Below the pieces are notes generated by a model, which saw only the letters and a program-made list of their open reading frames with translations, was not told the origin of the DNA and did not search any database. Both the position numbers and the translations under genes were made by a program. A stretch of DNA of 64,000 bases from Utricularia gibba (taxonomy: Eukaryota > Plantae > Magnoliophyta): assembly GCA_002189035.1 (NCBI GenBank), contig NEEC01000011.1, positions 2,852,001 to 2,916,000 on the forward strand, in the 5' to 3' direction. Positions 26,034 through 38,390 of the stretch are shown here, piece by piece. Within the stretch, counting starts at the first letter, position 1. Every line of letters begins with the position of its first letter.

Positions 26034-26824
26034 TCATGTAGCACTATTCTTTTGTCCCTCCCTTGTGTACATATTATATGAAATAAATAATTCAATCTCA
26101 AGATCCTCTAAGTTTTCGTATTTGTGAAAAAAACATCGTCGTAACATTACTAAGAAATCGAAGAAAATAATCAATCAAAGATGAGCATGAAATGAAGTTA
26201 TATAAATGTTAAACAACACTAGGATTGTGACTTGTAAAACATAATAAAATTAAATAATTAAATACAATTTATTTTTAAATTTATTCATGATTTCGGATTG
26301 AATCTTTTTTTAGATTGAATATAATTTAATCTACTGTAAAAATATTATGAAAAAATAATATCAAAATTTTTAATTTTTAATTTTATAAAATATTGAATCA
26401 AATTAAAAAATAATAAATTAGAACAAGTTTTGATAGTATTTTAAAATATTGGTTAAATATTCAATTATTGATATGTGTTTATTAAAGTTTGACTTTTTTA
26501 TGATGTGGACATTCTGACGTCATCAACCTAATAATATAGAATTTTATTCCTAAAATGCCAGTAAAATATTTCATATATTAAAATTTTTAATATATAAGTA
26601 ACGGCAGAAAGGAAAAGCCCAATAGTGGGCTCATGTTGAGTAGTCCAGGCCTGGTTCGTAATTATGTTGGGCCGTTAGGCTCAATGGTGCCAAAATCTGG
26701 GCCCGCAAATGGCGCTATCCGTAAAGATATACAGAGAGAAACAGAGAAATGAAGACAAGTCATTGGCGTGATCACTCCCATTCTCAGAGGCGAAACACAA
26801 CTCTGCAAGTGAAGGTAGTGAACC

Positions 26825-29800
26825 ATGGCGGAAGATATTTTGGCTGCTCTTAGGTCTCTGATGTCGTCTCACTCTCCTCCTCTCCACGCCTTAGTCGTTC
26901 CTTCTGAAGACAATCATCAGGTTTGCCGATGCATACGTTACAGGATAATCGATTCTGTTTTTTGTGCGTGGCTTACGGTGGTTGATCCTCTGGTGGATGT
27001 TTCATATTTGAGTTATATTTACCGGGATCGTTATTTTTTTTTCAGAGTGAATACGTGTCTGCGAGGGACAAGAGGCGGGAATTCGTATCCGGGTTCACCG
27101 GAAGTGCCGGTTTGTTGTTTCCAACCAGTTTGATTTTTTTATTAATATTCTGAAGCGTGCGTCTTGAGAATTGTCTAAATTTTAGCTTGTAAGTATGGAA
27201 TGCTCTCTCATTGATTTTTGAATAATGCCAAATGTCAAATGCGGCTTAAAATTTCAAACTTGTTTAATCATGTTTGGCTTTAAACAATATATGCCTTTTC
27301 TTAATAATTTAATTTGTTACAGGTTTGGCACTCATAACAGCAAACGAGGCACTATTGTGGACCGATGGACGGTATTTCTTGCAGGCAGAGCAGCAGCTTA
27401 GCAAGCAATGGAAGCTCATGCGAATGGGAGAGGACCCCCGTTGATGCCTGGTTGTCTGATGTTAGTGTTCTGCTCTTTTTTGTGTGAACAATGTGGTTCT
27501 AAAACTTTAAAGTTTTAGAACATTTAAGAAGTACATTCGTTGATTTTTTTATTTTTGTCATAGATTACGCTTCAGGAAGATTTAAATATCGAATATGGTT
27601 CTTTTTGCCCCAGAATCTGCCACATGGTGCTGCTATTGGCGTTGATCCTTGGTGCATATCTGTTGACACTGCACAGAAATGGATCTTTGCCTTTGCTAAG
27701 AAGGAACAAAAGTTGATTGAGACTTCTGAGAATCTCGTAGATGAAGTTTGGACAAGTAGACCACCGGCTGAAGTGAATCCTGTTATCGTGCATCCTCTCG
27801 AGTTTGCTGGTCGCTCTGTAGAAGATAAATTAAAGGATCTTAGGGATCAACTTCTTAAGGAGAAAACCCGTGGTATCATACTTACTTCATTAGATGAGGT
27901 AAGCATCATATTGTTCCTCATCGCATGATACTATGCAATTCTCTTTGCTGCATTATTATCTTTTGTTACTTCTTTTGTATTGTAAGTTAACAACCATTTC
28001 AGGTTGCTTGGCTTTACAACATTCGTGGCTCCGATGTCTCCTACTGTCCTGTTGTTCATGCATACGCTATTGTAACATTGACTTCAGCTTTCTTTTATGT
28101 GGAGAAGAGAAAAGTTTCTTCTGAGGTTAGATAGATTATCACCCGCACATCACTAGTGTGTGATTCATTTTGAAATCTCAAACTGTTTCAATTTGCAGGT
28201 TAGCTCATATATGGAGAAAAACAACATTGTTATACGGGATTATGCTGTTGTGAGCTCAGATGTAATCTTGCTTGCATCTGGCCAACTTGCTTCCACCAGT
28301 CCAGGCAAGTAAACTCCACATGATATCATGAATATGGCTGGTTTCTCTGAAAAGGCTTCTGTGACAGATGATAAATTGGCCGAGGACAGGATAAATGATC
28401 CCATATGGGTTGATCCTGGTCTATGTGTCTTTGCTTTGTACTCAAAATTGAGCGCGGACAAGGTTTTCCTGCAGCCTTCTCCCTTGGCTCTTTCAAAGTC
28501 CCTGAAGGTGCCTCATTTTACTGGTTCTTATGCTGCAGTTATTTCACTGAATTGAACAATCTGGGTTGTATTTCTTTTCTGTGAGTTTTGGGTGCGTTCG
28601 AATTGTTGGTATTTACTCGTATACCTCCATGAATCACAATCTCTTTTTAATGTGGCTCTGTTTTTCTTAGAATCCTGTAGAGATAGAAGGGCTGAAAAAT
28701 GCCCATGTTCGTGATGGAGCAGCAGTTGTACAGTACCTTGCTTGGCTGGATCATCAGGTAAATAGATTAGAATGTAATGCAGGTTGTATACCAATTAATC
28801 AATGCTTTTCTCTGGGTATGATCATGCTTCCTCTCTCAGACATTATATCCAATATTGATAACCCCCTGACTGTTGATCCATTATACATTTGTAAATTAAA
28901 CACTATGTTATGATCCAATCTGTAGGAAAGGAAACTCTTCTCATGGCTACTTTTTAAACGATTTTATACTCTCAGATGCAGGAGATTTATGGAGCTTCTG
29001 GTTACTTTCGGGAAGATGAGGCTGCTACCAAGAAGACCTTTGTGTAAGTTCTCTCCATTGGAGTTTTTCGGTTTTTTCACACTAAAGTCTTATCTTAATG
29101 TATCATGGATGTAATTTTCACCTTACTTGATTTTCCTGTTGTTTTTTATTTGGGTTGCATAATTCTGGTCAAAATTATTTGGGATGAATCCTATTTATAT
29201 TCGCTCACTGACTTTATTGTTCATTCAATTGATTTCTTTGACTTTATAAATGGTGAAGATGACTTCCAAGGAATTAGATTCCATATATTGATTTAGATTG
29301 ACCAATAAATTTTTTTCTATAAATCTATCCCTAAATAAATGTTTTACTGAGGATCTGCTACTTATAAACTAGCTATTCTTAGGTTAACGCTTTATCATGT
29401 GGCATTCCAATAGATAGTCATTATTCTCTCTTCCTGTTTCACATGTTTCTGAGCTTTCCATGATATTGCAGGACAACTACGAAGCTTACGGAAGTGTCTG
29501 TCAGTGACAAGTTAGAACAATTCCGTGCTTCAAAAGAGGTAATGATCTAAATCTCTCTGTGAACAAGCTTTCCATGTTCATTATTGTTCAAGATTGCATT
29601 CTGTAAGTGATTGCGCTCATTTAGAAAATTGTTTTGGTTTTACATGTTATTGTTTACTGGCCCTCCATTAACAGCATTTCAGGGGTTTGAGCTTTCCTAC
29701 TATCTCATCAGTCGGTCCAAATGGTGCGATAATACATTATTGTCCTGAGAAGGAGACTTGCGCAGAGCTGAATCCAAACAGCATTTATTTGTTTGATTCA

Positions 29801-31165
29801 GGAGCACAGGTGATTCCCGCATCTACTCTTTTGGTTTTGTATCTTGTTGGGATTCCTTTGTTGATTTTTGGCATCACTGCTAAAGTATTTAGATGGAACA
29901 ACTGACATCACGAGGACAGTGCATTTTGGCAAACCTACTTCTCATGAGAAAACATGCTACACCGCGGTATGTTTTATTTCATCTTCGTTATCTTCAGAGT
30001 TGGGCCACTGAAAACATCTTTCAGTATCTCGGATTAACGTTAAAATGATTAACTTGGAGACCATGAACACAAAATCTAGGATTCAATCATGGCCTCCAGA
30101 TTTACGTGTGATATATTTCCTTTTCTAATTACTGATTTCTACCTGAAATTAACTTGTAGGTTCTCAAAGGCCATATTGGCTTGGGAAATGCTCGATTTCC
30201 TAATGGAACAACCGGTAAAAAACTTATCTTCAATCCACTCTGGTATTGGAAAATGATATTGGAATTCACCAGCATGATTCTCCTTTGCAGGGAATATTCT
30301 TGATGTTCTTGCTCGAGTTTCTTTATGGAAGGATGGTCTTGACTACAGACATGGAACTGGGCATGGTGTCGGGTCTTACCTGTATGTTCATGAGGGTAAG
30401 AAGAAGTACTATGCCTGCCAGCACAATCCAGTATAGAATGTGATCTTAGTTGTTTCTTTCCACACATTATAGGACCTCAACTTATCAGCTTCAAACCAAC
30501 TGCTCGAAATGTGCCTTTAAAACCTTCAATGACTGTGACCGATGGTAATCCACCTATTCTTAGTCTATATCAGAGCCCCTCACTGATTCATGATTTAACA
30601 CATCATGCATATGCTTTTCATGCATTGATTCGATTAGCATTGTTCTGCAGAACCAGGCTATTACGAGGATGGAAACTTTGGCATTAGATTAGAGAATGTG
30701 CTTGTTGTGAAGGAAGCTGATACAAAGTTCAACTTCGGTGACAAGGGTTACTTGATGTTCGAGAATATAACATGGGTAACATCTTCTTCGCCTCTGTCTC
30801 ACACTATTCAACTCTATTACCATGAACCACCCCTGCTCCTAGTCCATGATGAGAAAATAAATCTTGATTGGTGTTTGTTTGTTTAGCAGCGTTTTTGACT
30901 CGTCTCCATGTTAAACATGCTCTCACTCGCACACCACCTCACCCTGAGCAGCAAAATGTCTTTGCGCACAGACTGAGGCTTTTCCTGTATGATGATCGTT
31001 CAGGCACCATACCAGAAGAAAATGATAGACTTGCAGCTGCTGGGGAGGGAGGAGATCGAGTGGCTAAACAACTACCATTCCAGATGCAGAGAAATCCTTG
31101 CTCCTTATTTAAATGATTCCGAGAAGGAATGGCTCCACAAAGCCACTGAACCCATTGCTGCTTGA
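26825..31165 (+). CDS. APP1: Xaa-Pro aminopeptidase P1 (M24B), about 16 exons; apparent frameshift at 27435-27439 and in-frame TAA at 28310-28312
   Basis: [10 protein letters not shown]|[42 protein letters not shown]|[29 protein letters not shown]|[17 protein letters not shown], last exon [10 protein letters not shown]...[11 protein letters not shown] (stop 31163-31165). Confidence 0.92.
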
Positions 31166-32461
31166 TTCTGCACTGGATGCCATGAGAGGAGGACAGCAAC
31201 CAACCAGATGTGTGCTCTTAAATCATCATCTTCCCATACAAATATGAGCCCAGTTCCCGTTACATTGACAAAAGTTTGGAAAACAAACACACTACAAAAC
31301 TGTGTTTAGTGCATATTGAATAGGATATGTTGAAATAAAGAATTGGGAGACAAAAACGCGACCGAATTTCACTGACTCTCTGAGAGGAGAAATGAATGGG
31401 GAGGCGGGTGACTGGGCCCGCCCCCCTACCCTCCCTCTAGGGGGTCGTTGAATTCGGCCATTAGTGACACTAAAACGACGCCGTTTGCACATCTCCATAA
31501 TCTTCTTCGTTTCTTTGATAATTCTAATCATACATTAAAAAAAATTCATTTCTAGATTAGGAGAAGCGCACCATGGTCTGCTTATGTTTATTAAAATATA
31601 TTTTTTCTAAATTAAACGACTTCTATTTCTTATGTTTATGTTTATTAAAATAATATGATTATAAACATATATTCATGTAAAATTTATATATCTAGCACAA
31701 TTTTAATTTGATTATAAGATGTATGTTTATTTAATTAAAAATCATTTAAATATATTATGAATTTAAAAAATAATAACATATTTCTAAAAAAATGACAAAT
31801 ATTTTTTTTCTTTTTTTAGGGTTCTCCAATTATTCATGACTGATGACTCCTACCCCCTAGGGGTGGGGACCACTTCTCTCTTCTATCTTCTATTTTGGGT
31901 GAAACTAGAAAGTCTAAGATTTGTCATTCTTTTTTTTAATGTAATTTAAAATAATTAAAATAACGTCTCTTTCTCTCCTCTCAGTCTCAGCGCAGGCGGC
32001 TTGTTCCAGACAGGAAACGAGCTATGAATTGAATAATGAAGTTTTTCAATTTTCTGCAGCAACCCCACTTCCTGCTGCGCCTTCTCAGACATGCCCTTAA
32101 TTGTGTCCCATTCCTTGCACAAATCCCATGAATGACGACCACCAAAACCGCAATGAAATAGTTCTCCTCTACAAAACCCTAATTAGATGCTTCATCATCA
32201 TCATCACAGTCTAACACAAGGACAGGACATCAGCCATAACATTGCACGAGGAAAACCCTGACAGACTTAGAGGAAACTAATCATGATTAACATCAATGGC
32301 CGTTGATGGGTTCCGTCATGTGGAGGATGAGGTGCCGCTGGTAACCGTGGTTCAGTGATAGCTGATTTCTCCGGCGCCCAGTTTTGTGTCGTCGGAGATG
32401 TTGATCCCGCCAGCTGTGTGATAGGTATGTGGTTAATATGATGGAATGCATTGAATTGAAG

Positions 32462-33223
32462 CTAATGTGGCTTCTGTGGTTGTTTTTCATTCAAAAGAAG
32501 CAGGTTTTGTAACAAGAGGGAGGTTACCGGGGAGTTAATGGGAGCGTGATGATCGTTCTTCCCGAGGGTGTTCTTGTTATTGTGCATCCATACTCTGAAA
32601 ACTCCTTTGTCGACGCCCATTTCGGTGCACGATTCATTGATCCAATCTTCATCCTTCTTCTGCATTTTCCAGTCGACTTTCTCGGCGAGTTGCAGCATCT
32701 TCTCCTTCTGAGAGGGAGTAAACTTGGTACGGAACCTTTTCCGCGTACCGCCGTTGCCCAGATTGCCCCTTTCCGGTGGCGTGGCCCCGCTGCAGAGACC
32801 GTGGCTGAGAGCCAACAACATGTGCGGAGCGTACGCGGACGAGATGGGCGGCGGGGACGGCGAATTCGTCGGACTCTGCGGCGGCGGCGCACGGTGACGG
32901 TTAACCGGATGGTACTCCAGAACCGGGGTCTCGATCGGCGGCGGGGTATCAGGATCCCGACGGTGGAAATTCCGGTGACAGCCGCAGGCCGCGCATTTAA
33001 GCGATGTGGGCTCAGATGGGTTTGAGTTAGGGGACGGCATGAACTCACCACACCCGTCCACGGCGTGGCCACCCAGAGCGGCAGCGTGGTTTTTCAAGCA
33101 CTCCTTGTAACTGACGACGACGGGGTGGCGACTGAGACTCATCGACTTCGAAACAACGCCACCGGCCTGCGCTTCCGGGTCTTGCTCTGATACTTTCAGC
33201 GCCGAGTCACTTCCCAAATCCAT
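32462..33223 (-). CDS. Zinc-finger homeodomain (ZF-HD/ZHD) transcription factor
   Basis: [24 protein letters not shown]...[15 protein letters not shown] and homeodomain RKRFRTKFT...QKEKM...WKMQK...[11 protein letters not shown]; ATG at 33223. The true C-terminus may extend through an intron to about 32316. Confidence 0.93.
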   Translation of the reverse strand: MDLGSDSALKVSEQDPEAQAGGVVSKSMSLSRHPVVVSYKECLKNHAAALGGHAVDGCGEFMPSPNSNPSEPTSLKCAACGCHRNFHRRDPDTPPPIETPVLEYHPVNRHRAPPPQSPTNSPSPPPISSAYAPHMLLALSHGLCSGATPPERGNLGNGGTRKRFRTKFTPSQKEKMLQLAEKVDWKMQKKDEDWINESCTEMGVDKGVFRVWMHNNKNTLGKNDHHAPINSPVTSLLLQNLLLLNEKQPQKPH

Positions 33224-34130
33224 TTTGTTCACCTTTTGCAGCAACTGCTAAGCATCACGCAAAAGACTCCCAGGCGTACTGCAAAAACAAAAACCTCCCC
33301 ATCAAAGTGTTGAAGAAGACGAGAAAAAAGGGGCGTTGGACTCTCCTCCTCTGTCAAACCGGGGTTACTCTACACACTATAAATCCCTTGTTTTCTGGAT
33401 GTCCTTGTTAACCACTTGCCTGCTTTATCACCTACCACTATTTTATTTTTTAATTATTATTATTAATTTGGAAGCTTCTTATTTTTAAATTCAAATAATA
33501 TGTATATTATTAATTGTCCTGAAAACCAACATGATCATGAACTTTAGCGGCGTCCGAATCCCACCAATGACGTAATTACAAGTTTTAAGGATTCGACGTC
33601 AACATCAACGTGCCATGTGGCGTGCCGTCATTGGTCGGAGTCATCGTCACTCAAAATCACAGAAATTAATGTTTAAACCATTGGTAACGGTAACATTTAT
33701 TGGCGGCAGGTCGTTCCGTTGAATGGGGTTGTGGGGGCAAAATTGTCATATCGCTGAACTCGATGTCTGAAAATCCATAAACTTTGAACGACTTTTTGTC
33801 GGATTTTCCGCAAGGTCAAAGATCTGGTAGTTCGATAATGGGCCGAACAAGGCCCAAATAATATGGGCCGATGAGTGTTTTCTTCTTCGTCTGAACCAGA
33901 GATGCGCATGGCGAGTTTGTTGCAAATCGTGTGAAAATTGCGAGTGTTTAGGGATTAGGGTTTTTTTGATATTGGGTGGTAGATCTAAAAGGAGGTCGGA
34001 AAGTCAACAGTCATTACTAAGGATACAAAGAGACGAAGGGAGGTGCATGTGATGATGCAGCAGTGAGCAGATGCTGCAACGACGGCTGCTTTTTCATAAA
34101 AGCAGTCCCAAAAAATGGCGGTCAAGAAAG

Positions 34131-34539
34131 TTAAGGGCATTTGGGGCCTCCCCTCTTCGTCTTCCAGTTGTTGTAACAAGGGCACACCCCCTTATTGCCG
34201 TAGAACCCCGGCGGCACGCACAGGCACTTCCGGCAGCACTTCTGGCAGAAGAACATACACGGCTTGTGGTACTGCGTCCGGCTGCACCGCCTGGTGCACT
34301 GAGACGGGCACTCTTCAGTGCAAACACCCAAAATCCAGATTAGAACACGTAATCCATTATCCTTCTAACATAAATCCAATTCATTCTGGGAATAGGAACA
34401 AACCGTAGGTTCGGACACTGCCGGGGCCATACAGCATCATGTTCATCTCAAACGCTGCCGGATCAGCACTCACCTCCAGAAACGGGAGCAGAAGTAGAGA
34501 CAGGAGGAGTGAAATGGTAAGAAGCAGCAGCCTGGCCAT
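34131..34539 (-). CDS. GASA/Snakin gibberellin-regulated cysteine-rich peptide; exons 34539-34404 and 34312-34131
   Basis: Signal peptide MARLLLLTISLLLSLLLLPFL, YGPGSVRTY|ECPSQCTRRCSRTQYHKPCMFFCQKCCRKCLCVPPGFYGNKGVCPCYNNWKTKRGGPKCP (12-Cys GASA domain, GASA4/6 type). Confidence 0.95.
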
Positions 34540-36375
34540 CTCTTTTCCTCCCAATGGGATAACACTCCTGTGGGGGCTCTGCGGGATCTGGTCTTCATGG
34601 GGTTTAAATAGAAGGAATCGGGGAAGACGAACACCAGTTGCGACGGTTGGATTCCCATTAAATGGAATGGTTGGAGACTGCCTACACATCACACACAAAA
34701 GCAATCTCCCATCCAGAATCCTTAGGCCCAAGTAAAAACTCCACATGATCGTATATTCACGTACAATGTAGTGTAAAAACGAGGATACTCAATTCCATGG
34801 CATGTAATGAATGCCATGGACGGTTGAAATGAACCACCCAAACCATAAGAGGAGAGGAAGGGGAGGCACAGCACAGGGTGTTATTGCTATAAATACATTG
34901 ACAAGGAAGCCCTTTTTGGTGCGGGTCCGGGTCACCCCACCTTCAATGTTATCGGGCATCAAGGTGCACTTTGGCTCCCATGGTAGGTCACGTCTTTACT
35001 CAACCATCTTTGCCACCCCCCTGAGATCACATAATGTTGGATAAACATCATATTTTTCGGGTTTGAAACGAATAGGAACATGGGTTTTGAATATAACATA
35101 TAGTTTTTAAGATCTTATACTAATCCCCACATTGTGTTAAATAGTATTAAAAATAAACATTTTTATCATATTTATATACCTAATTTTGTAAATGATGGGG
35201 ATGAGGACGGCCTTGTGGTAATTGAAGAGGGGTAGCATCTTAGAGCGAGGACCATGTCAGGATGAACATTGAATACCACATGGAGGTTAGTTGAGGGGTT
35301 GAATGTTTAGTTTTTTTTTTCCCCTTATTTAAAATATATTTTAAATATTAAATATGTTATGACATCATCCTTCCTTATTTGACTACAGTATTGGACTGAT
35401 GGCAGTAATGGCCCAGATAAGTTGGGCTTCATTGGAGACCCCCAAGAACTTCTTAGGGTTTGAACTTTTTTTAGAAAATAATTTGTTTATATTTTCATTT
35501 ATAGTTTTTTAAAGGAGGACCTTAATAAATAGGATCTGGAGAAAAATTCATGCACGTGACGGGGGGTGAGAACTGGAACTGGGAGGAGGTCAGAGGCATC
35601 GGAAAATGTGGCGGAGGGAGAGTCGGAGTCGGCCCGGGTCAATGGAAACCCCAAAGGTAATAAATGAGTTCAGTCTGTCTGTTACTGTAACTGTTACCGT
35701 AGCAGTCGCAGAGTATTTACTGCGGGTCCATTTACTTCATGGGTGCTTACCCCAATCAGATGATTTTATTGCTTATGGCTTTGGGGCATCAAAGAGAAGG
35801 TTCAGCTCCAACTGCATCATTGTCGCTACTGTTTGTGTTGACTAAAGTTCTGTTGCCACATGCCCATCTGGGGACTCTTGTAAGTACCATTTGTTTTAGC
35901 GAAAACGTTGCTATAATAATCGAAGCTAATAATTTCATGTGACACAGTGGCGGTGAGTGGACGTGAATGGTCTGATGGAGCATCGAACCAGGTGGAGAGT
36001 TTCAGGGTTTGTTTAGGGTCTTGTTTTAAGCTTATCTTGTGAAGAGTTGTTTTGCTTGTATGGAACTGAGCTTCTTTTCTGTGTTAATGGCGAGGATATG
36101 AGACAGGATTAGAAGACATGATCAAGGGAGATAACTACTTCGGCTCCCATATGTGAGGTCGCCATTGGATGGCTGCTAAGAAAATGAATTACCTATGGGG
36201 GCTGCGGGCTGCCTCGCTAGTGTGGCATCCTTCTCATCTGTCTGGCTTATAGTTTCTCCCTTTATTTATTTGTGCATCAGTCGCTCACTCTTCCTGAGTA
36301 GTCATCCTCTCCCACCTTGATTCCTTTGCATTCTGTCACCTTCAGCAGCGGATCCCGTCGTTCTTTTGTATTCCA

Positions 36376-37615
36376 ATGGGGCGATCGCCGTGCTGCGAGA
36401 AAGTGGGCTTGAAGAAGGGGCCATGGACGCCGGAGGAAGATCAGAAGCTTCTCGATTACATCGAGCAGCACGGCCATGGAAGCTGGAGAGCATTGCCGGG
36501 GAATGCTGGTACATTGAAGCATTATCCATTGCGCTTTTGAAATGATACAATACGAAGACATCCATTATGTTCTTACTGTGATAGGGTTACGAAGATGCGG
36601 AAAAAGCTGTAGATTGAGATGGACGAACTACCTGAGACCCGATATCAAAAGAGGGAAATTCACTTCACAGGAGGACCAGACCATCATTCAGCTCCACGCC
36701 CTGCTCGGGAACAGGTGACATGGCGGCGTTCTATTACAAACCAGAGCTTCGTTTAATACAGAACCGTTTTCTTTGTTCGAAGGTGGTCTGCAATAGCGAC
36801 GCACTTGCCGAAGAGAACAGACAACGAGATAAAGAACTACTGGAACACCCATCTGAAGAAGAGATTGATCAAAATGGGGATCGATCCTCTGACCCATAAG
36901 CCCAAAAGCAATGCCCTCTTGCCCGACGGCCGTCTGGCCAAAAACGCCGCCAACCTGAACCATATGGCTCAATGGGAAAGCGCTCGTCTTGAAGCTGAAG
37001 CGAGGCTGGCTTCACAGTCCAAGCTCGGCTCCTGCTCCAGCGCCGCTCAAGTTGCTGTCGTGAGTTATTTCTTTCGAATATTTTGAAAATTGATTACGCT
37101 TGAAAAAAAGTATTTTTTATTATTTACATTAATTTCAGATGAAGAAGAAGCCGGTGGAATCAGTTCCGTGCCTCGACATGCTCCAGGCCTGGGACAAAGC
37201 GACCGAATCCGCAGACGGCATCGTCGCTGGCGCCGGCGAAATTGAGACCCCGAACTCGAAGAATGTTCATGCCCGTGGCGCTGGCGGCGGAGCCAGGAAG
37301 AGCGCAGTGGCGGGACTAAACCCCGGCGTAGCGGCACCAGCGCAGTCGTTGCACGAACAAGAAGCGTCGCATTTCACAGCGATGCATCTCGGGAAACCAA
37401 GTTCATCGGAGCATGCTCCCTGCTCCAATTTCGTGGAGAAGTTCACGGATCTGCTACTGACGGCTTCCTCGGGACAAAGAAGCTTCACCGCCGACGGAAG
37501 CGACTCAGGCAACAGCGGCGGCGGGAATGCACATTATTGTGAAGATAACAAGAATTACTGGAACACCATTTTGCACTTCGTCAATACTTCGCCGTCTGAT
37601 TCCCCAATATTCTGA
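36376..37615 (+). CDS. R2R3-MYB subgroup 9 (MIXTA-like, MYB16/MYB106 type); exons 36376-36508, 36585-36714, 36783-37059, 37139-37615
   Basis: [46 protein letters not shown], subgroup 9 motif [16 protein letters not shown], terminal [24 protein letters not shown]. Confidence 0.95.
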
Positions 37616-38390
37616 AAAACTCGATCATTGTACCCATTTTACCTTATAATTAATTTATTTCCTTGTAAAAAAATATTTAAATCCAAACCCACGGTAGATT
37701 TTATAATAAAAAATCACAAAATGTAACTGTGTCCAATTCCCAGCGGTGTCTCCGTGTCCAATCCGACTCATACATCACTACCGTGTCGTTGCTTGGTGTC
37801 CCCGTGTCCTATGTGTTCGAGGCATGGCTACTCATATTCTAAAGAACAAGAGTAGTAGTCTATCCTAAAGTCGACTCATATTTTAAAATCAATATATTAA
37901 ATATTTAAAAATATAATTAAAAATTATTTAAAAGTTAAAAAAATGTCCAAAAAAAGGTAACCAAAGAGGCATTTAATGAATCATTTATGGGGACAGGCTG
38001 TCGAGGACGAGTGGATGCACTGCTGATAATGATAACACGCCAAAATCTCCGTACAAACTATAACTTAGAATTTTAAAATATGAATATTTTAGAAAAATAT
38101 TAATGTATTAATAAATATTTATTATTTTATCATATATTTGATAAAAAAATATAATTATGATTATATAAATATTAATGATTAATAAATATATGAGTAAGTT
38201 AAATACGGAAAAGGTGGATTTGTTTGGGCCGGAGAAAGGTTGAGATGGGCCTGGGCTTTATAGGGTTTTGTGGGCTGGCAAATGATGGGTCCAAATTCCC
38301 TAGGGTTTGAAATTTGAACTCAAAAGGGGGGAATGATTATGATTCCAAAAGGGGGACAACATAGCATGGCCTTCTCAAGGAGGACAACAC

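Noticed and set aside
32524-33072. Long overlapping ORFs in other frames of the ZF-HD gene (and similar shadows over GGPPS, GASA, MAKR-like and HHP)
   Set aside because: GC-rich coding regions suppress stop codons in alternative frames; no independent motifs.
33945-33965. AAACCCTAATCCCTAAAC as a possible telomerase RNA template
   Set aside because: No upstream USE (TCCCACATCG-like) or TATA arrangement for a plant type-3 Pol III promoter; better explained as a telo-box.
34452-34475. Consensus donor GAG|GTGAGT inside GASA exon 1 with a nearby GCAG
   Set aside because: The implied intron is only 19 nt and splicing creates an immediate stop; the unspliced frame is open and sensible.
35100-35300. 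ATCCCCACATTG...GAGGACG segment reminiscent of a copia-type solo LTR (similar impression at 2100-2290)
   Set aside because: No TG...CA termini, target-site duplication or second copy in the window.
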